Source: Laetmonice hystrix (Eukaryota). Taken from it: a stretch of 64,000 nt of DNA. Below, one piece after another: positions 13,178-26,186 of the stretch. Made by a program: the position numbers and the translations under genes. The stretch is taken from positions 9,858,001-9,922,000 of the forward strand of contig OZ249441.1 in NCBI GenBank assembly GCA_965235115.1, read 5' to 3'. Below the pieces are notes generated by a model, which was not told the DNA's origin, did not search any database, and worked only from the letters and a program-made list of their open reading frames with translations. Every line of letters starts with the position of its first letter. Within the stretch, counting starts at the first letter, position 1.

Positions 13178-13357
13178 TGACGTCACAATCCCAACCAGTG
13201 ACGTCACAGTCAGAGAATCAGCAATGGCGCCCACGGGGCCAATGATTTCTTTACTTTTGTTGTCGCGTACTCCGGTTAACCCATAGCTACGGTAGCTGTA
13301 GAGGAGTGGGGATTTCATCGTATTACTGTTTAGAAACGAGTGTGTAGCTCTATAAAT
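13178..13357 (+). promoter_or_regulatory. Promoter/enhancer-like module: two CRE palindromes, CCAAT, TATA-like
   Basis: TGACGTCA at 13178 and 13199 (21 bp apart), GGCCAAT at ~13237, TATAAAT at 13351. Motif match only. Confidence 0.3.
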
Positions 13358-14241
13358 CCGTTTGTTTATTAGGCTAGCTGATCGTGTGATTTCAGAAAAT
13401 GTGTGTAGATTAGTGTAAGACGACCACCGTGAACCTGATTGCTTTCATACACGATCAGAGACTGGTATAGATAGACTTTCATGACGTTTAGTCGGGTCGG
13501 GCTGTGAGCCTATCGGATCAGACATACGTATGTCGGAGGTTTCCAGCATTGCAGGTTGATGTCTTCATGTAGCGGGTGTAACCAAAGGTGGCATCATGCA
13601 TGCGTCACCCGAGACAGTGGCATGCAAACCCCGCATCTATCAAACCAGCCCCGAACTGTGCCACGGGCACAGAGCTCAGGTACAGGGCGCAGGGTTAGGT
13701 AAAGTTACCTCTAATTGTGATCTCGAAAAGTCTCGTCTAAATCAGGGTACCCCGAGATGGTTAGCGGATCATACCAAGATTCATGTATGATCTTTTGACG
13801 ACTACTGCAGTCGGATACACAGCCACCTGGCGGTGGGGGAGGCGCAGGTGTTACCCTAAACCATGCAGTCGCTCCGTTATGTCGCCCAGCGGTACCACCA
13901 GTAACGTGGTAAACGAATCGCCCCAGGGAATACCTAATTGCATGAGAGCTTCCGTCTCACGATGACATTATTCTATCGTGTTTCCCGGAAATCTGCCAGA
14001 AATATCTCCACACATTCTTGATTTCATGACCTGTGAATTCGCAGCCCTGTATTAAATGAAAATAGACACTTCTACGAAATGGATTCTTGCATAGGTCCGA
14101 TTACAATTTGTTTGACCAAGAAGCTGGGGTGTAGTTTCTGTGTGTGGAAGCCTTATGTAACGGGGAGTGGGCTGGGGGGGGGGAGGCCAGGGAGGGGTTG
14201 TAACTGTAGTATCTCACGTGTAGCATCTCGGATCGTGCCAA

Positions 14242-15128
14242 ACCTGCCTGCCGTCACAATCATTACACGCCCTGCTGTCTGCACGTATAGACACCATGGG
14301 CTCCTGGTATAGGATCGACATGGACGGTGGCGGGTAGACCTGCCTGCCGTCACAATCCTCAGTATTACACGCCCTGCTGTCTGCACGTAGAGACACCATG
14401 GGCTCCTGGTATAGGATCGACATGGACGGTGGCGGGTAGACCTGCCTGCCGTCACAATCCTCAGTATTACACGCCCTGCTGTCTGCACGTAGAGACACCA
14501 TGGGCTCCTGGTATAGGATCGACATGGACGGTGGCGGGTAGACCTGCCTGCCGTCACAATCCTCAGTATTACACGCCCTGCTGTCTGCACGTATAGACAC
14601 CAAGAGCTCCTGGTATAGGATCGACATGGACGGTGGCGGGTAGACCTGCCTGCCGTCACAATCCTCAGTATTACACGCCCTGCTGTCTGCACGTAGAGAC
14701 ACCATGGGCTCCTGGTATAGGATCGACATGGACGGTGGCGGGTAGACCTGCCTGCCGTCACAATCATTACACGCCCTGCTGTCTGCACGTATAGACACCA
14801 AGGGCTCCTGGTATAGGATCGACATGGACGGTGGCGGGTAGACCTGCCTGCCGTGACAATCATTACACGCCCTGCTGTCTGCACGTATAGACACCAAGGG
14901 CTCCTGGTATAGGATCGACATGGACGGTGGCGGGTAGACCTGCCTGCCGTCACAATCCTCAGTATTACACGCCCTGCTGTCTGCACGTATAGACACCAAG
15001 GGCTCCTGGTATAGGATCGACATGGACGGTGGCGGGTAGACCTGCCTGCCGTCACAATCATTACACGCCCTGCTGTCTGCACGTATAGACACCAAGGGCT
15101 CCTGGTATAGGATCGACATGGACGTTGG
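14242..15128. repeat. Minisatellite, 96/102-bp unit, ~9 copies
   Basis: ACCTGCCTGCCGTCACAATC at 14242, 14338, 14440...; the 6-bp indel keeps frames open, giving spurious ORFs. Confidence 0.95.
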
Positions 15129-15739
15129 CGGGGAAGGATGGAAGCGAGGGAAGGGGAGACAGTCAAACAAAACATATCTCCTTCATAGCTTCCTCATTGC
15201 TATGGAGACGGGCGTCAGAAGGAGGCGTGTAGGAGAGACAAGATGATAAGAGGCGGGGTGGGGTGGGGAGGGGGTGTAGTGGGGGTGGGGTGGGAGAGGG
15301 GAGGTAGCGACGCCTTGTCATCGATCAGATAGTAAGGACGTGTCAGACCGTGATCCCAGCCCTACACTGACTGATCACCGCCTGTCCAATCTCTGCCAGC
15401 CATCACACAATATGTCATGAATATTCATGAGGTAACAAGCTTTCAAACACTTAGCATCTCCTTTAATTCAATAATCTGCCTGTCCTATAGTACGCCGTCC
15501 TCTAGTGGTGATGTGTTTTGTCCTCCTTCAATATATTTCACATACTCGACATCAGGCTTCTGCTCAGATTGAAATATATGTTCTCTAATGCTCCTTAACG
15601 CTGCTGGAGATCATAGTGTATGCTATCGGTTGTTGGGGAAACGTTTCAGATTTAAATGATTTACGATTGTTAATGGTATAAGCGAGAAGAAAGCACAGTA
15701 GAGTGTATATTATGTATGCCACAGTTTAAGGTTTGTTCA

Positions 15740-16056
15740 CACTGACACTGGGGACCTGCATCTGAAGGCGTGAGGGACACACCATGAAGGAGACAGGGGA
15801 GGAGGTTCTGTGAGCCGAACGATGCCAGTGTGCTGTAAAAATAGTGCACCCGTTAAATTTGGCATGGGTGTATTTGTTAGATACCTAATTCTACAGTGCA
15901 CCAGCTGAGTTAACCGGAGAGCATTGTCGGTGTCCGTATGGGGGTTCCTTGTGCCATCTGCCGATACCAGCACCCATCCTTCACCGTAGGCTAAATGTGG
16001 GATTCGAACCCCAGAGCATGCAGAGGTTACACTCTACCACTGCGCCATCCATGCGC
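15740..16056 (-). mobile_element. tRNA-derived SINE-like element (Pol III A and B boxes); 3' boundary approximate
   Basis: Minus strand GGATGGCGCAGTGGTAGAGTG (A box, ~16034-16048)...GGGGTTCGAATCCCAC (B box, ~15997-16012); no complete cloverleaf or acceptor stem. Confidence 0.5.
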
Positions 16057-17874
16057 ACATATATTTTTTAGAGTCAATGTTTGATGTTTCTTAAAACTTA
16101 TTATCTTATTGCGCATCTCTCTACACAAGACTTGTATAGATATTGTGCACTGGTGATATATCCCACAAACGGTTTATGTGTGAAAGGTTTGTCAGACAGT
16201 TGGTCAACCACTGTCCCCCTCTCTTACAACTTTACTATTTTGTGTGTGTTGTGTGTGTAATATACTCCCACATAACATCCCACCCCTACCTTACCCCACG
16301 TTGTCCTCGGGCGCACTTCCTTGGCTGACTGTAGACATTCACAAAGGTCAGCACATGTTGGTAATCTTCTCTCCCAGCCATGGTTTAATTACCAGGAAAA
16401 TATAGGCTATACTTCATGGTAACATTGGCACGGAACCGGCTGTAGGGATTCGGTGCAGGGGCAGGGATAGGGATAGTGTTTGGGATTCGGTGCAGGGGCA
16501 GGGATAGGGATAGTGTTTGGGAGAGATCTGGGGACTGACGTTCGGGGTTAGGATTAGGTGCAGGGATTAGGGATAGGGGGTTTACCATGGGGAATCTACC
16601 GTAAAACATCGTTAAAACACCAAGTCCCGAAAGAGTAATAAATATAAAATCCTGAACTGAATGACCTCCGACGTGGAAGCGTCTGTGTAGGGAGCGTCCC
16701 AAACCTCCTAAATTGATTCATTAGTAAACGATGGAGTGGCGTGAAGATAATGATGTGCTGCGGTGAGTGTGCTCGCTGCTGTCACTGATGACGTGTAATG
16801 TCCACCGACCATGTTGTCCTAATGACCACAGGTCATTGTGCGATGTTATGGTGATCAGTGCGGTTCCTGCCTACAGCCACCAGGCGGCGTGAAGGAGGGT
16901 TACCGTGGTACGTCTTTTGTACGAGAGGTGGCGCCACTGTGACGGGCCGGTCAGGGCAAGGCGTTGGTAACGGCCGTGGCGCCGTCTGGTGTTTGTTCTG
17001 CACAGTGTGCTTGCTCTGTGGCAGGAGTGGCTCAATGTGCTGTGAGTAGGGTGCACCGAACCCACAGATCGGACTTTACTTAGTGCATTGTGATGTCATC
17101 AAACGTGCTCCGACACGCCACAGACTGTCGGCAAGCTTCATATTATGTACTATGTCTGAACATATTCTATGTACTAAATGTCTGAACATACGAACGAGCA
17201 GTCCTTTACCCCCGAGTCCTTCCCCAGCCAAGACGTGACGAGAGTTTATTTCCATGCATCCTGTTATTTCCACCAGAGGGCCGTGTGGTATTGGGTAGTA
17301 TGGTTAGATACCGGTAGGTGGGGGTGTGGGGCCGTTTGCTCCGTTTCCATGGTGACCGTTCCTCTCTCAGTCGGCGTACATAATGAGACTGATCGTACCG
17401 ACACCTCACGACACACCAACCATATGGTGGTTTATATTTTGTGACCGGTATGAGATACTGACAAACGGTAGAAAACCGGATTCCGTCTCCCTTACAGAAA
17501 CTACGGGTTGGTTGGAGGGATGAGTTAGGAGGGACACACAGCGGACCGGTGGGATTCTTGAACACACCATCTGGTTAGAGATGGCGGGGATGAAGGCAGC
17601 TGTAATGGAGAAAACATGTTGTGGCCACTGGCCTCAGTATGTGAGAGATGTGGGCTACCTTTGATGTTAGTTAGAGTGGCAGTAGGAACTGACCGGCTGT
17701 GTCGGCGCCGTGCTAATGGGGGCAAGTATCTGTCTCGGCTGTGTCGGGTCTACAGACTGTCCGTCCCATGGAGACACCTGGTCGGCGCCGGGTCGTTCAG
17801 TATAATGTGATAATCTAAATCATGCCAGTCGATTACATCTTATAAAACTGGGTGTGCTGATCAGGGATCTAAGT

Positions 17875-18332
17875 AGGATATCAACCCTTTGTTTTCCTCT
17901 CTATAGAGGCACATAGCAATTGCCAATTCTGTCTATAGAAGCCTATAGCAATAGGATATCAAACCGTTGTTCTGTCTATAAAAGGCTATAGCTATAAGAT
18001 ATCAAACATTTGTTCTGTCTATAGATTAGAGGCACATAACAATAGGAGATAAAACCTTTGAAGCCTATAGCTATAGGATATTAAACCTTTGTTCTTTCTA
18101 TCGAGGCACATAGCTATATCAAACTTTTGTTCTTTCTATAGAGGAACATAGCAGTAGGCCCTATAATACCAAACCTTTGTTCTGTCTATAGATGTACATA
18201 ACAATAGGATATCAAACCTTTGTTCTGTCTATAGAGGTACATAGCAATAGGATATCAAACCTTTGTTGTGTCTATAGAGGTATACATAGCATCAAACCTT
18301 TGTTCTGCATAGAGACACATAGTTATAGGATA
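17875..18332. repeat. Degenerate ~40-45-bp minisatellite (TCTATAGAGGCACATAGCAATAGGATATCAAACCTTTGTTC)
   Basis: About 10 diverged copies. Confidence 0.8.
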
Positions 18333-21075
18333 TCAGTTCTTTCTTTGCCGGTCGATAGAGGCAAACACGGGCCTGTCATTATGATCTCATCCGTCGGCAT
18401 AGATCCTAACTATCACAGGGTCAGGCTAGACACCGCCACATCAATGATGTTGTTGTCAGCCGTTAGAGCCGTCCTTCTTACAGACTAATGGCAATAATTA
18501 TTACGTTCTTGGATAGAGAACTCTCACAATGATTATCTCACTCCGAGTGCCGTAAGTTAGGCGATAATACTCTGTAAGATCGTGGATCAGTATTAGTAAG
18601 AGCCGACTTGACAATAGTGGAAGTTGTATTGAGGAGGCACTCTGACAGCAATTACAGCAATTAGATCTCATCAACAGTCTTCCATTTGACGCCCGTGTAA
18701 CGTCTATTGTGTGAGAGACGTCGGGTACACATCACTAACGACTCGAGGTGGGGATGGCAGACGATGACAGGCATACAGAGACAGAAACCGCCGGGGTGTT
18801 AGTAGTAGATGACAGCTGGCGTGTGGATCAGGCGATTACAATCTGCTGCAGCCATAGCAAGTGCAGTTTTCTGATACGAAGCATGCATTAATAGCCTACT
18901 TCTAACAAATATTTTTAACTGTCTACCATACAGAAAGGGCTTCTTTGGAGTAAAAGTTGGAAGACTAGAGAATCGTGATCGAGCACTCTAAATTAACTGC
19001 GAGAATAAATAAGGTGAAGCCGGTAGTGTTTGCCGGTTTCTATGGTTTCTTGAAGACATCTCTCCCCCCTCGGAGCGGTAAACGGAGCCGATGAGTGTGA
19101 TGAAGATGATTATCCTGGTGTCGACTAGTTCTGAGATCTGTGAGGTTATGGGCTGAGACTGACGTCACTACATATGGAGACGGTCTCAGCGGGAAATGCT
19201 GGGAGGTACACAATAAATGGATGTATGGCTTGAGGTGGTACTGGCGGTTGGCAGAGATAGAGTTACTCCTTCCGACTAAAGGTTGTTTGGAGATTACCTT
19301 GTATTAAACATGTATACGTCTCAACCTAGCTGGCAGAGCGTCAACCTTCACCGGGAGCGAAGGACATAGGGATTGAAGGAGAAAGGGTTTAATGTAATAG
19401 CATAGACCTGACGGTCTATGGTAAGAGGGAGTGAAAGTAACGTCAGAGTCAAGTTGGATTTTGCCAGTTCCGGGGGATATGCCGATTGGCGGCAATGGTT
19501 AAAGCAATGGGTCAAACTTTACGACATCCCCCACCAAACCGCTTGGCGGCAATGATTAAAGCAATGGGTCAAACTTTACGACATCCCCCACCAAGCCGAT
19601 TGCAATGATTAATTTCCAACTTTGCACAGGTTATTCCTTGTACTGAATGATAAGTCTAAATCCAGCCTCAAAATATTATAACTCTGCTTATTACAAAATT
19701 ATGGCTTTAGGCTCCTCAGCCCTTGACGGGCGGTAGTCACGACTACAGGGCCCCGAGCTGGGGGGTCTGGGTATGCAGACTCGAGTTGATAGTCCTCATA
19801 GTAGTGGGTGAGAGCGTCAGTGTGTGGTGCAAGTATTACACTACCTGGACGTGGGGGGCGGGGGCGGTCCGGGGCTGTTCCATTATATCTCGGAAATCGG
19901 TCGTCTCCTGGGTGCAACATAGCACAATAGCTGTATTTTAGAGAAAGAAATTATACGCTTGCCCCCACCTTAAAATACCGAGGCAGTACCACCCTATGAC
20001 GTTCCCCCGGGATGCTATGATGGGTATAGAGGTATCCACTGTATGGGAACGGTCGGGATGGGGTGGAGGGGGGGGGGGTCCCAGTCCAGTCTGGCTGAGG
20101 TTAGACTGATACATGCCGACAGTAAGTGAAGGACAGACGTTACGGGCCTGTCTAACACTAAGACTGATTGTTTACAGTACGAGACCAGGCGTCCCATGTT
20201 CACCCTCGTGGATTTATTATCTAGTTGGCAGTCATATTTTCCTTCCACATATTGGACCGTTTATATTATCTTTGGGATCGATATGGTGTGGTGGCCTGCG
20301 GTCTGTGGACAATCGACCAACCGGAGGCCTGACATTCTGATGTCTTTGTGTGGTGGAATACTTTGTTCATCCATGCTAAAACAAGGAGTAAGCTTAGTCC
20401 CATTCAGGCCCAAACAGGTGTAACCCTGCCCACCGGACAAGTCCCATTTTTCAATGTTCATCGACTTCAGATGCTGTGGTCAACTAAGTCTACAGACCGG
20501 ACAAGTAGAAATGATCATCTGGTTGTCCATGGGACTTGTAGGGATTTGAGCCCCCCTAATTACAGACTGGACCCCGTCTGTTCCCATTGACAGATTAATG
20601 CTGGAGTTTTCGTATCTATGGTTAAATGTACTGAAGTTGTTATCTGTTTATTCCAGTATTTTCAAAACCATACATGAAGACTAAAACTGAATTGACGTAC
20701 AATAAAAGTCAGACATGAATGCAAGCCAAGTTAAAATCCAATAAACCTTCAAAAACCCGGAATACTGTCGTGAACGGTTATAGAGACGACGATAGTGGCG
20801 GTTATCTTGAAGGCAACATAAGAAATGTGTAGGACTGGTTTCAACATGTCTCCCGAGTCTCCGCCAGCCACCAGCTTCTCAAACATGACTATTTTAAGAA
20901 CTTAATAACCTGATGCTAACCTCAATAGATAAGCTGGAAGGCTGGACTCTCAAGATTGCCTCCTCCTGTAGTGAGAGAAAAAAGGGAGAAATATGTGGCT
21001 TTATCGGAGTGTGCTGCTTAAGGTTCGGCGTGGGACGGTGATCGACCTCACGGTAGTATATCCACGAAATCTGGT

Positions 21076-21745
21076 AGTACCCGGTACAATCGGCATAGGT
21101 CCTAATAACACATGGTACCCGGTACAATCGGCATAGGTCCTAATAACACTGGTACCCGGTACAATCGGCATAGGTCCTAATAACACTGGTACCCGGTACA
21201 GTCGGCATAGGTCCTAATAACACTGGTACCCGGTACAGTCGGCATAAGTCCTAATAACACTGGTACCCGGTACAGTCGGCATAAGTCCTAATAACACTGG
21301 TACCCGGTACAGTCGGCATAAGTCCTAATAACACTGGTACCCGGTACAATCGGCATAGGTCCTAATAACACTGGTACCCGGTACAGTCGGCATAGGTCCT
21401 AATAACACTGGTACCCGGTACAATCGGCATGGATTCTAATAACACTGGTACCCGGTACAGTCGGCATAGGTCCTAATGACACTGGTACCCGGTACAGTCG
21501 GCATAGGTCCTAATAACACTGGTACCCGGTACAGTCGGCATGGGTCCTAATGTCGTGGCGACCCGGTACAGTCGGCATAGGTCCTAATGTCGTGGCGACC
21601 CGGTACAGTCGGCATAGGTCCTAATAACACTGGTACCCGGTACAATCGGCATAGGTCCTAATGTCGTGGCGACCCGGTACAGTCGGCATAGGTCCTAATA
21701 ACACATGGTACCCGGTGCAGTCGGCATAGGTCCTAATAACACTGC
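21076..21745. repeat. Minisatellite, 37-bp unit GGTACCCGGTACAGTCGGCATAGGTCCTAATAACACT
   Basis: Spacing 21151 to 21188 = 37 bp; ~18 copies. Confidence 0.95.
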
Positions 21746-21761
21746 TACAAAGTAAATTCGG

Positions 21762-22138
21762 GATAGGGTCCTAATATCGCTGCTACTCGGTATAACAGGC
21801 ATGTGTAGTCGGTATAGGGTCCCAATATCGCTGCTACCCAGTGTAGTCGGTATAGGGTCCTAATATCGCAGCTACCCAGTGTAGTCGGTATAGGGTCCTA
21901 ATATCGCTGCTACCCAGTGTATTCGGTATAGGGTCCTAATATCGCTGCTACCCAGTGTAGTCGGTATAGGGTCCTAATATCGCAGCTACCCAGTGTAGTC
22001 GGTATAGGGTCCTAATATCGCAGCTACCCAGTGTAGTCGGTATAGGGTCCTAATATCGCTGCTACCCAGTGTAGTCGGTATAGGGTCCTAATATCGCAGC
22101 TACCCAGTGTAGTCGGTATAAGGTCCTAATATCGCTGC
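21762..22138. repeat. Minisatellite, 38-bp unit CCCAGTGTAGTCGGTATAGGGTCCTAATATCGCTGCTA
   Basis: Spacing 21837 to 21875 = 38 bp; shares the GTCGGYATA-GGTCCTAAT core with the preceding array. Confidence 0.93.
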
Positions 22139-23065
22139 TCTAACAAACAAGTGTTATACCATTGTATCATTGTTGCCCCATACATAATAGCGTGACGTTT
22201 CCTGATCTAATGATGTCCCCCCTATCTAATATTACAGTGTCGGTGCCGTGAGGTGATTTATAAACTTCACGACCACAGACTAATCCATACCGGAGTGTTT
22301 GAATAATTTACGATTACACTCCAGCCCTGACACACCTCTCGCGGTATGGACTCTATTACAGCTCGGCCAGCACAAAGGAGCACAGAAAACTGACAATGGC
22401 CGGCGTTAGTAGATAGTGGGCTAGGTCTCTGTGGCTAAACGTGTATTTACAGGCTGGCTATAGTAGATAGTGGGTTGGGTCTTTGTGGCCAATGGCTAAA
22501 CGTTTATTGACGACCAGTCAGTGTTTATGGATGGCCTGAACAAAGTCTCGATCTGATCAGCTGGGAACCTCGTTGTCGTTATTCGCGCGAGGGTTCCTAA
22601 GGAATGTAAGGTATCTAAGCGAGACGAGAAATCCCTTCCACTTCTCAGTTAGTCCGGAACACAGAACACTTCCAATTGAAAGACTTCCATACCTATTACC
22701 TCATACCATGTCGAGCGGTCTCCTTGCCTTGTTCCATCTCCCCCTCCCCCAACCCCCGGCAGCAGCCCGTGTCTGTCTATCGCTCGCAGAGCTAGCCCAG
22801 CCTCCACCGAACGTGGCAACTATAGCAGGACCCTCCGTGTATCTGTTGCCATGGATTCCTTTGGTCCACAAAGCTATGTCATTAGAGTACATCTTTACGC
22901 CTAGACTTTGAATAAATAGCAGGTGGACGAGGAGAAAATGGTGCTCCTCACTCACCTCTTGACAAAGGAGGACAGGGTAGGGAGGAAATTTGCCGACTCA
23001 TCAGGTTTTATGAGGGTTTTTTCGTCGCCGTTTGTCGGGACCTATCGGCAACGGCAACCGGTCTC

Positions 23066-23094
23066 ACTTCCGGTCTGTACTGAGAGCCAATCAG
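23066..23094 (+). promoter_or_regulatory. ETS (ACTTCCGG) + NF-Y (AGCCAATCAG) motif pair
   Basis: Exact consensus matches at 23066-23073 and 23085-23094; the same pair recurs at 25930-25990. Confidence 0.3.
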
Positions 23095-23981
23095 CGCCCA
23101 GATGAGAACTATATCAAATAATTGGTGTTATCAATCAACGGATTTCTGGTTCAGATTGTTCATCAGTAAAAGATCAAATAAATAGCGTTATTGTCTGAGA
23201 TAAGGTTGTCAAATGATAAATAATTATTGTTGGTTTGATTCATGTGGTTCCCCTCAAGGGTAGACAGCAAGGTTTAGCAGCAGGAGGATTCTGTCTGTAC
23301 AGAGACACTGCTACCTTCAACCTTCCGAACCAACAGTCAGAATACCAGCCTGGTATCAGAAGGAACCTAAGAATTACACAGAAACCGTCACAACCCAAAG
23401 GAAAGCTAACACAAGGATAGAGTGCTGCGGTTTTATGTAGTGACTGTCAATTTGTGCGCTGACCTTTCTGCCGCCTGCCGTACCTCCTCCTGTCCACATC
23501 ACACGGAGTCCGCCGGGAGGCTGCCCGGAGGCTGCCCGGAGGAGGTCGCGCCAGGTGCCAGGACCGCTTCTTTTGATGAAATGATCTTACAGGTAGGTGG
23601 TGGGTCACGTGTCTGTCACGTGACTACAGTCACACCAATCGGATTGGGCCGTCGCTGTCGATTAGTTTACACGTACCCGGGCCCACCTGAAGCAGACGGT
23701 CCTTATTAAAGACTGTAGCAATGGGAGCAGATGACAAGGTCATGACATTGTCTGACCTTCAGCTGCTCCTGCTGCCTCTACTGCAGCTGCTGCTACTCTC
23801 AGCCAGTGCCTGCCGCTGGCCTCAGCTAAGGACGGACTTCGTCTCCAGCACAATTTGTTAAGAGGGGACACGACCGCCTGTCAGAACCACCTGGTGGTAA
23901 TTATTGTCGAGAAAAGTCTGTAAAAACAGCGAGGAACCCAACCGTAGGAGACAGGAGGGTATCACTACAATACTAGTGACT

Positions 23982-24800
23982 ACGGTACTACCCGGTCTAA
24001 ACTATATCGGAATACGGTACTACCCGGTCTAAACTATACCTCGACGACATCCAGCCAAGATGTAGACTCCCCACGGAACCCTACCCTAGTAGACAGGAGA
24101 CTGTCACTACACTACTCTAACGGTACTACCCGGTCTAAACTATACCTCGACAACATCCAGCCAAGATGTAGACTCCCCACGGAACCCGCCAACCCTAGTA
24201 GACAGGAGACTGTCACTACACTACTCTAACGGTACTACCCGGTCTAAACTATACCTCGACAACATCCAGCCAAGATGTAGACTCCCCACGGAACCCATCC
24301 CTAGTAGACAGGAGACTGTCACTACACTACTCTAACGGTACTACCCGGTCTAAACTATACCTCGACGACATCCAGCCAAGATGTAGACTCCCCACGGAAC
24401 CCTACCCTAGTAGACAGGAGACTGTCACTACACTACTCTAACGGTACTACCCGGTCTAAACTATACCTCGACGACATCCAGCCAAGATGTAGACTCCCCA
24501 CGGAACCCGCCAACCCTAGTAGACAGGAGACTGTCACTACACTACTCTAACGGTACTACCCGGTCTAAACTATACCTCGACGACATCCAGCCAAGATGTA
24601 GACTCCCCACGGAACCCTACCCTAGTAGACAGGAGACTGTCACTACACTACTCTAACGGTACTACCCGGTCTAAACTATACCTCGACGACATCCAGCCAA
24701 GATGTAGACTCCCCACGGAACCCAACCCTAGTAGACAGGAGACTGTCACTACACTACTCTAACGGTACTACCCGGTCTAAACTATACCTACACAACATCC
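23982..24800. repeat. Minisatellite, ~105-109-bp unit, ~7.5 copies
   Basis: GGTACTACCCGGTCTAAACTATACC at 24122, 24231, 24337... Confidence 0.95.
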
Positions 24801-25084
24801 AGCCCATATGTAAACTCCCTACGGTAACATCCTCACGATATTTGGGGGTTGAGAACTAAACATTATCACTGTTCCTAGCCCCTGAACGGTACCCTAACCA
24901 TTTCATTATTTTCAGCAAATCGCTCCAGACATTTTGGTAGACGACGCTTTCACACTTTCTGGTTCATTTTTCTAAATCTATCCTTTTTTGGATACACCCT
25001 ATATTTAGGCAATGAGCGTACTCCATGGCCTGTGTTTGTGGTCGATGTTTTACTGCATACAGTAATTATTGAGTACAATGTATT

Positions 25085-25114
25085 AATTATATGTCTTGTG
25101 TTTTACAGGTGAGT
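25085..25114 (+). other. Candidate recursive splice site 1 (3' splice site fused to 5' splice site)
   Basis: ATGTCTTGTGTTTTACAG|GTGAGT: pyrimidine tract + CAG (25106-25108) immediately followed by consensus donor GTGAGT (25109-25114); TATTAAT branch-like motif upstream. Confidence 0.55.
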
Positions 25115-25227
25115 TCAACTGGGGATGAATGTCGTGAGACCTAGCTTCGGAAGGTAACAGTGTCTCTTCGTTTCTTTATTTAGAGCCATGTGGTTGAGTA
25201 TTAGGTCTATATTCAAATACCCCCTAA

Positions 25228-25360
25228 TCATTCAGGAACCTGTGGAATTATATCCAATCTCGCCTGATCATTCAGGAACCTGTGGAATTATATCCAATCT
25301 CGCCTGATCATTCAGGAACCTGCGGAATTATATCCAATCTCTCCCTATTATTCAGGTCCT
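25228..25360. repeat. 40-bp unit x3 (TCATTCAGGAACCTGTGGAATTATATCCAATCTCGCCTGA)
   Basis: Direct copies visible. Confidence 0.85.
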
Positions 25361-26186
25361 TGCATTATTTTATCCAGCAGTCGTGATACCAGTTCCATTA
25401 AATCCATGCCTCCCACTACTTGAGACCGATTCCGCCAGTTGGATGTGGGCGATAATCGGGGTAGAGAGAGCCATATATGTTTTCACGCTATCTCTGCTGA
25501 GTCAGGGGATGTTCTCACTCAGCACACCGTCGACCGACTTCGTCATGTCTCGGCTGTACGACGGAGGTCGCCATGTTGGGGGTGGGGTGGGTGGCTAGGT
25601 CGGGATCAGTGGCCCGGATGTAGACAACATCAAACTGAAACTCCCACGGTGCCGTAGTGCCGAAAAGGGAAAACTCTCCTCTTAATTAGCCTGTGTCGGA
25701 CTTTACACAGTTAGAATATCTGGTTTGCTCGCAGGTGAAGAAGAGACTGCTTTGCCTCTACGATAGAAAATAGATTTGTACTATGTGCGTGTGCGTAGGG
25801 GAAAATTCGACTATTTACTGCTCATCTCTTCATGCGCGATGCCGCTTTACACGGCTTTGCGCAAATCCTGGGGAAATGGCCGCTTCATACATACGAGGCC
25901 TGGTTCGCCTCCGGATATGACCAAGGAACAGCCAATCAGAAGCAGTGTCGGTGTTCCGGGTGGGGATGTTCTGTGTCCCGTCACTTCCGGAGACCCAGCT
26001 CCAAGCAGAGGTGGTGCCCGTTTTGTGATATCTTTCTCATTCCATGTGTGAGGTTTCGCTCGCAGATCGACATGGCCCAGGCCGTGCCGGTATCTGATCC
26101 TCCAGGAGTCTTTCCCCCCAAAGACGTAACTGATCCCGTCATGATGTAGATTAGAGAGTCAACACATCAGAACCACCTGGGTCTTA

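Noticed and set aside
14153-15175. 340- and 318-aa repeat ORFs
   Set aside because: 96/102-bp units are multiples of 3; no splice or start context supports coding.
15990-16056. Functional tRNA gene
   Set aside because: A and B boxes are present but there is no pairing acceptor stem or clear anticodon arm; treated as a SINE head.
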